From Fimbriosthenelais zetlandica (Eukaryota), in assembly GCA_977030845.1 (NCBI GenBank), contig OZ365114.1:26536001-26600000 (forward strand): a stretch of 64,000 nt of DNA, given 5' to 3'. Below are positions 37,501 through 50,965 of the stretch, piece by piece. The notes below the pieces were generated by a model. The model was not told where the DNA came from. It saw only the letters and a list, made by a program, of their open reading frames with translations, and did no database searches. Every line of letters begins with the position of its first letter. Position 1 is the first letter of the stretch. Position numbers and translations under genes: made by a program.

Positions 37501-38404
37501 TCCTCTCTCTGCTGCTGTCGGCTAGCCATGAAGTAATATTATCCTTGAGGACAGTGAGGGTTGACTGGGAAATTACAAGCACGGTTTGCCCCGATCACAA
37601 TACTCTGCACTTTGCTATAATAACCCGCGCACTATAGCCAATTGGCGACCGATCATGGCTTCCCAACTAAAAAGAGAACAAAATGTAGGGGTGTTTTCTT
37701 ATGCAAAAATCTCTGAAAATGTACATTTTATTATAGGACAATTAAATATTTTTGTCTGTTCTGTTGACTTTTCAATTCGCTACTTGATGCCTATTAGGGT
37801 AGGTCGGGGGTGGGGGCTGTCTTCGAATGTCCCCTTAAGAAATAAAAGGCTTAATACAGCGTTGTGTTGTGCCCGAGGGCCGAGGGCTCTCACATGGCCA
37901 CTCCTCAGCTGGGGTATTGAGGAAGGAGCTATCCTCGACAGATTTAATCATGTACTTCTGTCAACCGGAAGATCATATTGCCGACTGATGTGGCATTGTG
38001 GCATCGATTGCACTAAGGGCGGGTAGAGTGGGGGCAATGTTAAGGTTTATCGGCACATAGTTGTGAACGACTATATCTTATTGGCGGGGTGAGTGACGGG
38101 GTGGTCGTTCAGTGTTGGGTACATACAAATAGAATAGCATGAATGAACCCATAGTTGCCTTGTCTGGCAAATTAACACTTCAAACTGTGGCAGCAAACTG
38201 TGATCAGTCACTAAAGTAATTTCACTGTCACTTGATGTCAAGACTTCTTGTTGAGTTTCATTCAAGCTAATTGAATCTTGAAGTCTAAATCGGGCCTTTG
38301 TTTTTCACTTGGACCTGGACGTCAAGAGAGTGAAATAGTACATAATTAAATCAATGATTTAAAGACTTAAAGATGTAATTCAAAGCTTAACATAGGAAAA
38401 AATG

Positions 38405-38620
38405 ATGTCATAACGCATGCGTGTAGGCATCAGACGTGAAGTAAGAAGTGATTCTTTTCCCCATCGCCTTAAGATCCAAAATCAACCTCGCTAACACTTT
38501 TACTCTCTAAATACCAAAATACCAGGGAGGCATTTTGTGATGTCACTATCAACCGGAAGCTGGTGGGTAGAGTTTTCTCTGCCGACACGATCTCGCCGAT
38601 TCACGCTTCATCTCGCCGAT
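38405..38620. promoter_or_regulatory. CpG-containing motif cluster (NRF1-like, ETS-like, duplicated ATCTCGCCGAT)
   Basis: ACGCATGCGT near 38412, ACCGGAAGC near 38551, TGATGTCA twice and ATCTCGCCGAT twice within 38590-38620. Confidence 0.4.
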
Positions 38621-39801
38621 GAATTCCAAGAATTTCGTCTGGCTGGAAGGTAACAGTCACGGACAAACCTTGCTTCTTTCAATGTGTGAGACATTGTATG
38701 CAGAAATCGATTTTTTTAATTCGCAAATTTGGTCAGTGAACTTATACTTAATCCAAACAATGTGGTGGGCTTGGAAAAAGTGCATTTCCCTAAAATTACA
38801 TGATGGAAAGTCAACTGAATTGTTCTGAAATTCTGTGATGGGAAGAAGAAAATATCCCCACTAATGGACTAGACATAATTATCCTGTTTTTTTCCTGCAT
38901 CTCTCCACAGTATATAGACATAGTATATGTGGACAGTAAATGGTGCCGACATGGCACTTGCTCATGAGCATGACAACAAGAATCCCCTCGAGGAAAATAA
39001 CACAAAGATAAAAATCTAGACAAAATTGATTTTGTTACTTGGCTTTCCCGGAATTACAGCCATGACATAAAATTTACCATCAAAACTAACAGTTGAAAAA
39101 GGAGGACATTGAATCCGCTTTTATGACGCAGCGTGCCCTATTCACTTTGGACTAGTAAATTAAACAGGATTTCAGATCATTTGTGGATTACAGTAGGGTC
39201 CTTAAGCAGACGTAGCTAATGAATGAACTCCAGCTCACAAAAAATAGAAACACCAATGAGTAGAACGCCTTGAAGCGGATCCTTGGTGTGTCTTTTGTGT
39301 ATAGCAGTTTGTCCTTTAGAGAGTCCTCAGCTTTAAGGGCTCACATTAGTGGGAGAAGGACCCAATTGCTGGGATCTGATGGGCTCCATTTCACACTGCG
39401 GACAGAGTGTTTCACACCTGGGACTGATTGCGAGATGAGCCAGCTCATGATGATTGGTCAGGTCAGCTGGTTTAATAGGTACTGTGAACTTAACACTGAT
39501 ATCACGAGAAATCCCACCTCTTACTGACCCAACAAGAAAATACACTGGACTATTACAATTTCATTTGTACACCCTTAAACTGTAGAGCGTAGTTTTTTTC
39601 ACATAAATCTGATGTAAGTTATATTTGCACTCTCCAATTTCTATTCAGGCTATTCATCTTCCAGGAGCTTATCATTCATTATGTTTGTATTTTATAAAAA
39701 AGCTGATCAGTATTGAGGATGCAATTTGATGCATGGGCAGCATATCCTGGTCCACACAGTGATACTCGGGTTTAAAGTAAAAGTGGCATGGACAAACACA
39801 C

Positions 39802-39882
39802 TCATAATTGAGGTCAATGTTCCCTTTATCATCCACTTCCGGCGGATTATTTCCCAACGGCGGAGGGTCATCCTGGATACTC
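39802..39882 (-). CDS. Weak candidate symmetric (2-2) 81-nt exon: SIQDDPPPLGNNPPEVDDKGNIDLNY
   Basis: Long pyrimidine tract ending CTACTTTCCCCCCAG| on minus and an open frame. The donor GA|GTGTGT is weak. Confidence 0.2.
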
Positions 39883-41256
39883 CTGGGGGGAAAGTAGTGC
39901 GGGGTAGGAAGTAGAGTGTAGGGAATATGAGCCATCAGAGTGCGTTATGTAAATGAAGGGAATATCGACGAGTAGAGACATGAGAGATTTGACAACAGCC
40001 CCTCATGACCCACAATGGACATAGACTTTATGTCAACAGGATCAAGGTCAATTTTTGTAGCGAGATAACCTTTCAGGGGCAAAACACTTAAATCTTTCCT
40101 GTTTTTGTAGGTTTGATAATCATTTTCAGATGAATCTGCATCTTTCACGATGTGATAAAGGGCCTTTCACATGCAGTAGATTCAATCATTCAACAATGTT
40201 CCTATAATAATATAAGGGGTTTCACCAGCAGTGAAAATATACCAAATTGACTGCTTAACTTATAAACAAACATTACCTAGGCCTCCTCAGACACAAAATA
40301 CAGAATTTCAGGCGTAAAACGAGGAATTTCTATTACACAGTTCACTATGGCTGCCTCTCAGACCACCTTTGACATCGGGGGTTTTCACTGTCCCATCCAT
40401 CCAAGTATACCTTTCAGCACTAACAAAGAGTGGGCGGCGCCATTTTAGGACATGTTGCCCTCGTTTCAGGACATGTCTTTCCATTAAAGCAGACATCAAT
40501 CAACCCTGATGGTTGGTCATTTATTTAGGTCAGACAAGGGGTTATCTGAGGTCAGGGATGAAGCCACCTGCTAATCTACAACAGGATGAGTAGATGGTCA
40601 GAGTTGCACCATCGATTCAACGACCTTTCACACATGTTTGGTACCTTGGCAGGCATGCATGTTTTGCCCCACTGTTGTCATTGACTTAAGCCAAAGATCT
40701 AACGGGTAGAATAATGGGATAAATTAGAGTCAAACCATGGTGTTGAAGGTGACTTGTGGTGTACAGGGAAACAGATAATAGTCATTGATCTGTGTAACAA
40801 GCCCTTAACATGTTACCATGGCAGAGGCAGTGAGTAGAGCCATGAACAACAGCTCTGACCAGATGTGGGGAAAGAGCAAAAGCTCCAAATTTCATTAAAG
40901 CACCGGGTATTATCATGTCTGGATTTATTTGAAATCAATTGCAAGTATCTTAAATAGTCTGCATGGGAAATGCCATTCTAGAAATATGAATGTGAATGTT
41001 TGAATCAAAACCAAAGTTTTGTGAGTGATCTGATGAGGCAAGGTATCTGGAAATAGTGTTCACACATGGGTCTAAATCCACACTGAGGGAATTTCAAACA
41101 GCCTGAAACACAGCTATATTTTGTACAGCCAACCTCAAATTTGTCTAAAGTAAAATCGCTTGAGAAGTTGAACCCCGATCGTTAGAGAATAAGCTGCTTT
41201 TCGGTGATGTATAAAAAAATGTCAAGGTAATTAGTACATACGAAATTACGAACATC

Positions 41257-41283
41257 TTGTTGTTGTTGTTGTTGTTGTTGTTG
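41257..41283. repeat. (TTG)9 microsatellite
   Basis: Direct reading. It gives the poly-Asn run in ORF 41145-41438. Confidence 0.95.
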
Positions 41284-44200
41284 GCGTGAAAGCAATTTAC
41301 AGCCAGTCTTGGAAGTCTATATGAGGCTACAATGTGAAGTCTAGAGCTGCAGATGGGCGTTGTACAACAATGCTTTGGTTGTATGATGGAGGAGCATATA
41401 TGGAGCAAATGGGAAGGAATGATGTGGGGTGTTGTCATCCAGTGGGTTTATAATGAATCCACACCGGAGGTGACAGCCATGTGACACCCAAATAATCCAA
41501 AAAATACAAGTCATGAGGAGATGAGAGGTTGGCCTAATTGAGGGAGTGCAATATTGGAGGGGGATAGCCAACGGCTTGACAAGTTAGCATTAACGACCAG
41601 AATAGATGTATATTATCATGGACAGAGGGACAGGCTTAATATATGAGGTCGGCAAAATTGATTCATAAAAAACAACAGACAAGTGTGTGAAAAGTACACA
41701 AAGGGGATTATGAACTGGTGTAAATGCCTGTCGGGTAATTGTTTTTGTATTTGGGTTATGCTGTAATAGCCAGAGTTGATTAATGTCCTGGCCTGGACTT
41801 ATAAATTTATTATGTATTTGGTAATTCCAGCATGATAATGACCGTCATTAACACTATAATGTGGCCATTTACTTTGGTGACAAAAACATCCTGAAAATCA
41901 CTCGTTTCAGACCTTGTGTATATATAAATACATTAAATATAGTAGGACGACATCTCCCCGTGGGACAAGCCATAAATTCATCATGATCAATGGGCGAGGC
42001 AGTATACATGTAAATGTTAGCCTATGAATAGCCTGATGTAGGCAGATGTGGTTAGATGTAATTGATGTAGCCCTCTACCAGACCCACAGCCTCCTCTAAT
42101 CCTGATAAGCCAGAAGTTGCCAGGAAAAACCCTCACACCTCTATCTCCTGCTTATCTCAGTGACTTGCTAATCCCTTCTGTGAGAACTGGTCCTATACTG
42201 ATGTGTAGCTTGGGTGATCCCGTCTAAGCCGTGGATTATCAGACTGCCTTAAGATATACACCTAGAGATAGTCTGATGGCAGGCTGAGGGCTGGTCATTA
42301 TTAGACAGGGTGGTGAGAGGTACAGGGTGGACGGAACACAGGGATAACTGTGAGCAAGGTTGCCTCAAGGGTTTCTAAGATGGGTTCTAAACACAATACT
42401 TAAAGTGTAGAAGTTGTTGGTTGTGTATTTGGATTTTATCTCAAGCAGTTCAAGTGGTGGTTCATGATTCAAAAGACAACTTGAAATCGGTTGATATTTC
42501 ATTAACAAGTCAATGGTTGTAGGTTATATAAGAAAAATACTGTGTAGATTGAAGATCAAATGGCCATCTTTCATCAGATATTGACATTTATGAGAGATTA
42601 CAGGCAGTAGTTTATCACTGAGAATCACCTGAGACCTGTACCTTACTTGTGAAGTGTCTCAGTTTCTTAATATTTCTATGAGTAATACATCTTCATTCAT
42701 CTCCGATGAAGACAGAATTCACTGATAAGGCTTCTAATTGACCAAAAGTATGAATATTTGAGAATAGTTCCATACTGTATATCCTTTTCATCAGCCTAGT
42801 GTGGAGATTTTTGTACAGGACAAGATCTGATATTTGCTGAGATAAGCAATGAGTGAGCAACTCCGGCATAGGGTTTGTCAGTTGTGGGTAACTCGAGATG
42901 TTCAGTAACCTTTCATAGGTAAAGTGATAATAATTCAGATATGAATTACCTCCCATGCAAATGGAGAATGACAGTTGAATGATGTACATTAATCCTGTAC
43001 AATTGTCACTATACTAGGTTATACATTGTAGTTCAGATCTATGCATGAAATGCTCAACTAGAGGAATATGTGTCTTCAATATTTCTTAGTTCAGATTTGT
43101 AGGAAAATTCTCATATTTAAACATCTTGGAGAGGAATCACTCCCATGGGATGGTATACTGCACATGGTCTAATGGAGATAGAAGCAATGTTAAGAAGTCC
43201 ATGGGTAGAGTAAGGTGTCAGTTTCAGGAGTAACCAGTCAGTATTTGTCTTGGCTCTCTCTTGTGGTTTCCCCACTGCCTTCCACCGCAGGCTATTGCCA
43301 AGCATTGTATTCCCTGTTTACCATGTACAATTACTTGTTATTTGTAAATGTTTATAGTTTGGCCATCTCACTAAGAGTCTACCTATAGTGAGGCTATAAC
43401 CCCGGGGGAACCAGCTACTGTAGGTAAGGTGTACTATATGACATACCTCACACACCCTTTACTTCTGTAATAGACCCTCTGGATCAGGTTCCATGGACTC
43501 GAACATTCCTTCCCACCTCAAAGTATTGGGACTCTTAATTAAGAAATGTTTTGTCCGGAATAGAGTTCAACTAAAGAAGGTAATTTGTGTTTGTACTTTA
43601 TTCTGCGCACATAAGATTGTATTTTCAACGTTCAGTGAAATTTAGACTTCGCTCACGTTTCTAACATAGACCAAAGGGCTTGACATCATCCACATGAGAC
43701 AATTTTTAGATCTGTCGGTTCGAGGAGGGAAAAAACATATTTTAATCTCTAAATTGGATTTATAACCCAGAATTCCCCCTCGATATCAACTTGAGCTAAA
43801 AATTTAAGAGCCTGTCCTGGGATTAAGACAAAAATTGCGTGAGTAAATAAATCAGAAAATCCGAAATTTATAGCCCACCTGTGGTGCACAAGACATGATC
43901 TATCACAGTGAAAAAACTAGTGCAGAGTCAAGATTAGATCTGATAGGATAATAAGCTGTCTGATGAGAGGTATAAATCTAGTTTAATGTTCTATGTCCTA
44001 TTAACGATGCACCTGCACGTTCAGATTCACTGTAAGGGATTACATTACAATCTAAAATGAGTTTCATACCAAGATCTCTCATACCAACACAAAGAAAATG
44101 TATATGAAAGCCAAGAAATCAGTAGAAAAGGTACATCCTAAATAATAGATACTAAAATCATAAACAAATATACTATATTGTTAGCATGGATCATTTTCGG

Positions 44201-45252
44201 CTTTGTCTTATAATGAAATAAGCAATGAAAATAATAAAAGTAAAGGGAACATGGGAGGCGTGGGAAACAATGGAAAACGTCGTATGTTAACCATTGTGTG
44301 GAGCACCTATGAATATGTAAGATGGGAATGAATCTCTACTATACATCATTCACACCCTTCCATCTGCCACTGTTCGTTATTCTCTGCCCACAACAGACTC
44401 TGCTCACAAAAATATGACAGAAAGCAATAGAAGCGTTCCACTCTATTATAACAAAGGTTGAAGAGGAGGCGGGGTTTGGGAGGGGGGCGAGAATGATACA
44501 AGTGGCCAGATGTGTGGAGAGATAGCGATATATATTAAGCCTAGCTTTATGCCAGGTTAAAGAATCTGAGAGAAAGTGTCAAGAGGAAAATATAACATCA
44601 TGAGTAAGCTAGAAGATGGTTAATGGCATGGAAATTCCACATGTATCATCACACCTATATCGCCAAGATAGGCTACCGCCCACTTAATTCAAGCAGAAAA
44701 AAACAGGGTAACATATTAAAGGACAGGGATATGACAGCATATTCATTCCTGGTCTTATTGAGAATAAATTGCCCTGAAAATCTAGGCTACATTTAGTTCC
44801 TTAATAAATTCTGACTTCCACTCAACAAAACTTAAGGCTATTACTACGTAACGATAACCTTTCAGTAATATTTCAGTGGAGGGAAGTTTCGTGATTGTGA
44901 TGAGCATATCAGGTATGGCTGGAGCAGGTTAGTGAGTAGATGTGAGCAGAAGGTGGAGGTGAGAGGAGTGGGTATGATACAGCAGTATGGGGAGATAGTC
45001 TGATGCTCATCACATGTAGAGCCTCCTTGAGGTGTAAGGTAATGTCATGGACTATTACTACCTGTGACTATCTGTGACTATCTCTACCAGTCGGTGGTAA
45101 TCAAGATGAGTATAAATACCTGTTATGTCTACATCTCCCTGTCATACTTATATATACAAAATGACACTCCACTAACATTAAACACTTGTCACTTCTGTTG
45201 TCATTTGTAATTCTATATTATCGGCAACATTATGCGGCTGAATTGGAACCTT

Positions 45253-45320
45253 CTGCGGCCTGTTTCAAAAGGTATATTAGCAATGTCTATTGCTAGTTTT
45301 CGTTTTGAAACAGGCTCCTG
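45253..45320 (-). mobile_element. MITE, PIF/Harbinger-like family (copy with CTG...CTG flanks)
   Basis: CTG-CGGCCTGTTTCAAAA ... TTTTGAAACAGGCTC-CTG, with a 13-bp perfect inverted core (45258-45270 / 45303-45315). Internal AGCAATGTC is shared with the reverse complement of the 58441 copy. Confidence 0.8.
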
Positions 45321-48300
45321 AAGTGCAGAAGCTAAATAATACAATGTAATGCGGATTAGTTTTCAATTTCATGGCCAAAGTTGATCATAGATGCAGTATC
45401 TGTTACTGAGGCAGTTACATGGCTGGCCAGCTCGGGTGTTGTGTTAGAAGTTTAGAGGGCCTCACGTGGTAAGTTGACACTGTTTTGGGAGTAATCTGTG
45501 GGTTCGCCTCCAGTAATGAACTACCTCTTCACAGGCTTGTGTTTCTGATTAAGTAGGAGAGGCAGAGGTTAATTGTTGGCCTACTGAGACAAATGAAGCA
45601 AACCCATGTTCATTCTCTGGCTGCTCAGCCCCGGGAAAGCAGCAATTAAGTCAGGTCCAAGCCGTACAAAGGCACCACTAGCCCCCATCACTGCCAGCCA
45701 TCCCCTCCCCTTGTCTCATTTGTATTTTATGAGGTCCATCCATGCGCTCTTGGGGAGAGAGTTCTGGTCTGGAACAGCACTCTTCGTGTCCAGCGTCCAA
45801 CAGGTAAAAACTACGAATGGAAAATAGTTGTAGAAGTGAAGAAGTTGAAGGGATTCTCGACGCATACTGCGTGTATGGTCATGATATATTATCGTCTACA
45901 ATAATGCTAGTGGATTTGACTTTTCTAGGGGTGATCATTTAGTCTTACTGTGCAGTGAGAAAACCTTCATGACTGCAGTGTCAGAACATTGTAAAAGGCA
46001 AACTTCTCTCTGTTGCATATAGTTAAATCAGTTGTGAAACTCCAGAGGTAAGCTACGTAACCATTCCCTGCCTTCAGATATTCATGCACATTAAATTTAG
46101 TGTTCATAACGACATGATTTCTACACAGCAGATTCCAATATTAAATCTAATGCTCTCTTAAACTTTGCTTATTGAATTTCGAGAGGGACGTTTCCTCACA
46201 GCTGGGTCTAACTCTATAGTAAATGAGCTGAGCAAGCAGCCTGAATCCCATCGTACAGCTGGTAAAGAGTTTCACCAAAACATCAACTTCTAAAACTAAC
46301 CCATAAACAAAGCAATATCACACTTCTTTTGAATCCCAGAGCTGAAGATGGAACCTTAGTGTGAACCTATTAACCTCCATCGATTTCCCATCTCCCTGAA
46401 TGAATTTTGATCGTCCTCTAAGTAAAAACCTGCGATTGTTTATAAAATCCAGGTTGATAGATTATGTTGTGATCTCGGCAATTGACCTCAAACTAACAAG
46501 TCCAATCTCCTGCCAGGAGAAGGTACACAAGGCTAAAGAAATCAAGTTGTATGCCCATCATTATTACCAATACAAATGCCAATAGAGCAGGAAAACAGAA
46601 AGGTAGAAAGGGAATGAGCTTTTGGCTTGGCCTAAGGCCTCAGGGTGCCAGTCTGGGTGATCTAGGAATTGCTCATCTGCCCATGTGGTTTGAGTAGCTC
46701 AGTAGATTAACGTGGAGGACAAAAGGGCAACACCAGAGGTGTCAGACCTACGCTGGGCCTCACTACGGAGTCCAGGGATCTTTCTTTGATGTCTCCGATC
46801 CCACACAGTGACATAATGATAAACAGTTTTTATACTCAAATAACATTAATGCAGAAGACGGATGGAAAGCTTAAGGTCTTTTAAACCTCAGAGGAATTCG
46901 AAGCTCAGACTAAAGACAACTTCAAATGCAAGGTCAGCTATATTACACACCTAGTACAGTGTCTTTGCTTTTCACAAAACATCACATACAGAAAGAAATT
47001 CAATATTGGTCACAAACCCACAACTTAAATTACAGCAGCTGGGGCTGTATCAAATGTAGGCAAAGTGAATTTGGGGCTGTGGATGGTAGTGGCAGTCGTG
47101 AGGGTGGTGTAGGTGGTGGTGTAAATCCAGTCTGACAAATCCTTTCCTTTGCCTCCAGTCCTGTACTTACTGTCAGTCCTCATCAGGCTGATAGACCTTG
47201 GCAGGCTGGTCTCACACAGAGGCTGAGAGAAGGTTTGATCACCTTGTTATAGTCCTATGGTCTCCAGTATGCCACAACATTTCATATACTACATCCTTCC
47301 ATGCCTTCCCTTAGAATACAAGCGTAATATAATATTCAAAGATGCATGAGAGAATTTTTCGGAGCATTTAGGTCCAGAAAGGTAGAAATGTTCATTATTA
47401 TCGGGCAGTCAGTTGGCGTCAGTTGGCCTGCAGCGTGGGTTCCTTCAGGGTTTGGGTCTTATAATGTGATAGATTGCAAATAGGTTTGAATCCCACTATA
47501 TTACATAACCTCTACCTCAAGGCTTTATCCTGTACAGTTTCGCTGGTAGGCAAATATAAAATGCATTAATCAATCTGTTCACAATGATATACATGGAAGG
47601 CTATGATAGTGTAGGCATCTAAAATCAATTCCCCCTCATATACTTATAGCATTAAGTCAAGCATTGCGATAGACAGTAGAGATAATGGATTCACTGCCGG
47701 GAAATGGGAGTTTTTTCATCAGCTGTTTCAGCCTATCTAGGTCCAGTCCATTCCCTAAAAGGATATACTTGGCTTAGGAGTCTTATCACTGATAGGAGAC
47801 GATCAGAAATTCTTCCAGATCACTGCAACCAAGGCCTAGATGATGGTTAGAGTACTGATAAGGCGAGGGAGACTTTGACATTTTAAGGGCACAGGCCGAG
47901 AAAAGATGGATGTATTCTGGGACAAGGCAGAAGAATTCTCAAGAAGCATATAGTATAGCTCTATATACTATATACAATATAAACATATAATTGCTATAAA
48001 CCAAGATAAATTCCAGGGATTCAGGTTGTTCCTCATGCAAAATATCAGCTGGAACAGACTTGCATAACAACCATTTTCTCAGGATATGATTTATTCATAT
48101 GATAAAAGTGGCTTGGCTCTGGGAGAAAAAGGTCTTGATGATGCAGTGCAGTATGTTCATGCAATACAATAGTAGGTTCTGTTAGGCAGACAAATGAGGG
48201 CTGCATATACTATCATGCAGGAGATGCGGCATCTCAAGATAATATTACAGCAAAAATACGACTTCGGTTCTGCAAATTTTGATGCGGTAAATGCCTGTAT

Positions 48301-49690
48301 TTGATCCTAATTTGATTGTGGAATTGGGAGTTACAAAGCTATGTAAATTCTCAAGATCAAGTAACTTCCCTGGGGCTTGACGTGTTTCATATTTATTTTT
48401 AGAGGAAATTATCAGCACAAGGAATAATTTTTCTTCGTTTGTAGAGCTTTTTTTAAAAATGCAAATCCTTGAGCTCAGCAGGGTCTCTTTTAATGTTCTG
48501 CTTCGTACTGAGAATGCAGTAGAGTGTATGCCAGACATATGTCAAGTCTGGCCTGTAATCTCATTTCAAGCAAATAAACATAATGGCCTTCACCAGTACA
48601 TTTTTTTCATTTGCTAAAGTTCAAGAAGTAAAACTTATTCAGATCAGTGGAATCAATTAAGGATAGGTTGAGTCAAACAGTTCTTTTTCCCCGAGGATGG
48701 GAAATTCAAAGCACTATTAACATAGTAAAACTAGAGTACAAAGAGGGCCGCCATTTTTTACTGGTCAGTGTGGTTGTTGTGTCCTAACAAGGACCCATGT
48801 ACAGAAGCCATGTCAGAGGTGTGTAGTGAGGCCGTGTGGTCATTAAGTCACACATCAATTAGTGTTCCCACGATTAGTGTTCTGCTCCTCCAGCCTCCAG
48901 GTCTTTATTGATTATCTTTAATGGCCAGCTATTCCCAAGGTTCATTCCACGGGCTTAGTACGAGCCTATTATAGAGGTCAGCAACAAAGATGTCCTCAGA
49001 TCACTTTATAAAGTCAGTGATCAGGTAATGAACGGCGACACTGCAATATCCGGGGCAATATGAAGACTACCTGATGGTTTCATGATTTTACTAACTGTCC
49101 CAATGACAACGATATATATGATATTATCTTCAAAGGTTGGGACTGTGATGAACAGGGCTTATAATTGATTGAAGAATTCACTGTTCAACAAACCTAAAAC
49201 TGATCTCCATCGAAATAAGTAAAGTGCCCAAAAGCGCTTTTTAGACTTTCCTATTTCGGGGCATTGCCTTTAGATAAGATTGCTGGAAATTACTTAACTG
49301 CCTTGGCAATCTGCATTACTTAACTGCATTAGCAACCGCTTTTCTTTTTCATGAATAGGCCTACCAGTGACTGAACATACGCCTTGTACAAACGCCAGCA
49401 GCTGTAGTGATGAGAAATGACAGTTGATACCAATGATTATGTCCCTGCTGGATCATCTCCAAGACTGTCACCCGCCAGGCGAGTCCTTGTTGAGCTGATA
49501 ATATATGTACAGCGAGTTACTCATGTCTCCAGGGCGACACGTCCTATAGTCCCCCCATAATGTGCCTGGTTTACTGGATACCATGGTAATGTACACACCA
49601 GTTAACGTCATCAATATGTTAACTATGGCAATATGTTCAATCACACTGACAGATGTATTTAGTGTCATTCACAGCTTGTGATGATCTATT

Positions 49691-49757
49691 CATGGCCTGG
49701 TGAAAAAAACTCCCATAGACGTAGCATTGTTAACGGTGGTTGTGAAACAGGCCCGAG
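49691..49757 (+). mobile_element. Diverged MITE copy, same family
   Basis: AAAAAAACTCCCATAGACGTAGCATTGTTAACGGTGGTTGTGAAACAGGCCC aligns colinearly with AAACAAATTCCCATAGACTTGACATTGCTCATGGTTGTTCTGAAACGGGCCC (58441 copy). The left TIR is partly lost. Confidence 0.75.
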
Positions 49758-50633
49758 GACTCTAATGCTCTAATTTTTATTCTGTCATATCTATTTATTT
49801 ACATATTTATTTGAGAAGATGGGCGGGACAAAAAATAGCCCTGCCTTCCTTATTAATTTACTATCAGGGAAGTAGTATAAGCAACAACATAGGAAGCCTC
49901 AAATGATGGTAATGAAATGTGGCGGAAGGTTTTAATGGGGCTTCCCATATACAATGGTGAAAGTAGTGTTATTAAGGCGAGCACAGGACCAATTTTATAT
50001 ATTATATCATGGGATTTATAAGCATATTTTCTCAGATAATTGATATATCCATTCATTGGCATGTATGATTATGCCGATTGAATTACTGCAAATTAATATC
50101 TGAATGACTGCAAGTAGCCCTGCATATGAAGCAATCCTTTCAGGCGACCGTAACGAATTGGGTCTACACCCTGTCCTTGGCTAATTGCGATGAGCCACAA
50201 AATCCCAATCACAGGCATGAGATGACTAACTACTCATGAATATTTTAGTTAAGGGTATACAGGGTACATGAGTGGATGATCAAGTCTGAGGTATGTAAAT
50301 AATTGGAGAGTGATAGGGGAAGAAATGGCATGTCGGGGTATACCATCAGATTCTCTTAAAGGCACAACTTTATGTTGTTTCGAAGGAGTCATTCTAATCA
50401 GGCTTCGAGTCTATCAAGGTTGACATATCATTCATACAGGCCCCCAATTTAGTGTTATGTCTGGAAAACCATCTCTTAAAGGGACCAGATAAAGTTGGTA
50501 ACGAGCCTTTCTAATTAGGATTGGAAACTGCCATAAATCAAGGTTGACATATGTTATTGAAAGCCTTTTAATATGTCGGGCCCATTGTAACATCTGGTGG
50601 GAAAGTTGACTTGAAACCTTCATTTCCAGGTCA

Positions 50634-50832
50634 TCTCCGCCACTTGACACGACGTTACGTCGCTAGCGTTGCTAAGGCTGACGACGCGTATCCAGGATGC
50701 GTCGCCCCCAGCCACCGATCTTTCCCACGGTCCTCTCCGCCGCTACCACTTGAGATGACGTTACGTCGGTAGCGTTGCTAGGCGTTGACGACGCGTATCC
50801 AGGAAGCGTCGCCGCCAGCGATCTCTTCCCAC
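50634..50832. repeat. CpG-rich ~100-bp tandem duplication built from short palindromes
   Basis: Units 50634-50728 and 50734-50832 share GACGTTACGTCG, TAGCGTTGCTA and TGACGACGCGTATCCAGGA(T/A)GCGTCGCC. Confidence 0.9.
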
Positions 50833-50869
50833 TCTGTCACCTGTCACTCAAAGTCTGCTTTTCGTTAGA

Positions 50870-50965
50870 TTTCCCGCCTTTTTTCAATGGGCTCCTGCGC
50901 CAAATATCGGCCACGCCTCCTAGCTGAGGTTCATCCAATCACGTAGCGTCATTTTGTGATTGACG
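50870..50965. promoter_or_regulatory. Promoter-like cluster: two E2F-type sites, Sp/KLF-like box, CCAAT box
   Basis: TTTCCCGCC at 50870-50878, GCGCCAAA at 50897-50904, CCACGCCTCC at 50911-50920 and CCAATC at 50935-50940. Confidence 0.5.

Noticed and set aside
37586-38026. 146-aa ORF with NPRTIANWRPI, resembling the LINE reverse transcriptase N(Y/W)RPI motif
   Set aside because: Downstream RT motifs (Q.GF at the right spacing, GVPQGS, YADD) are absent, and a 5-residue match is within chance.
39672-39935. YECVCPCHFYFKPEYHCVDQD resembling the end of an EGF domain
   Set aside because: The three N-terminal EGF cysteines are missing, and no splice acceptor places this segment as a separate exon.
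41340-41520. Minus-strand ICSIYAPP and DYLGVT strings resembling LINE endonuclease/RT motifs next to a (CAA)n tail
   Set aside because: The motifs belong to different LINE domains, are in the wrong order and spacing, and are separated by a stop.
45458-45512. A-box/B-box-like pair suggesting a tRNA-derived SINE head
   Set aside because: Both boxes are imperfect, there is no cloverleaf, and no second copy exists in the window.
48245-48538. GIYRIKIC resembling a GIY-YIG nuclease
   Set aside because: No YIG motif or conserved Arg/Glu follows, and the ORF ends a few codons later.
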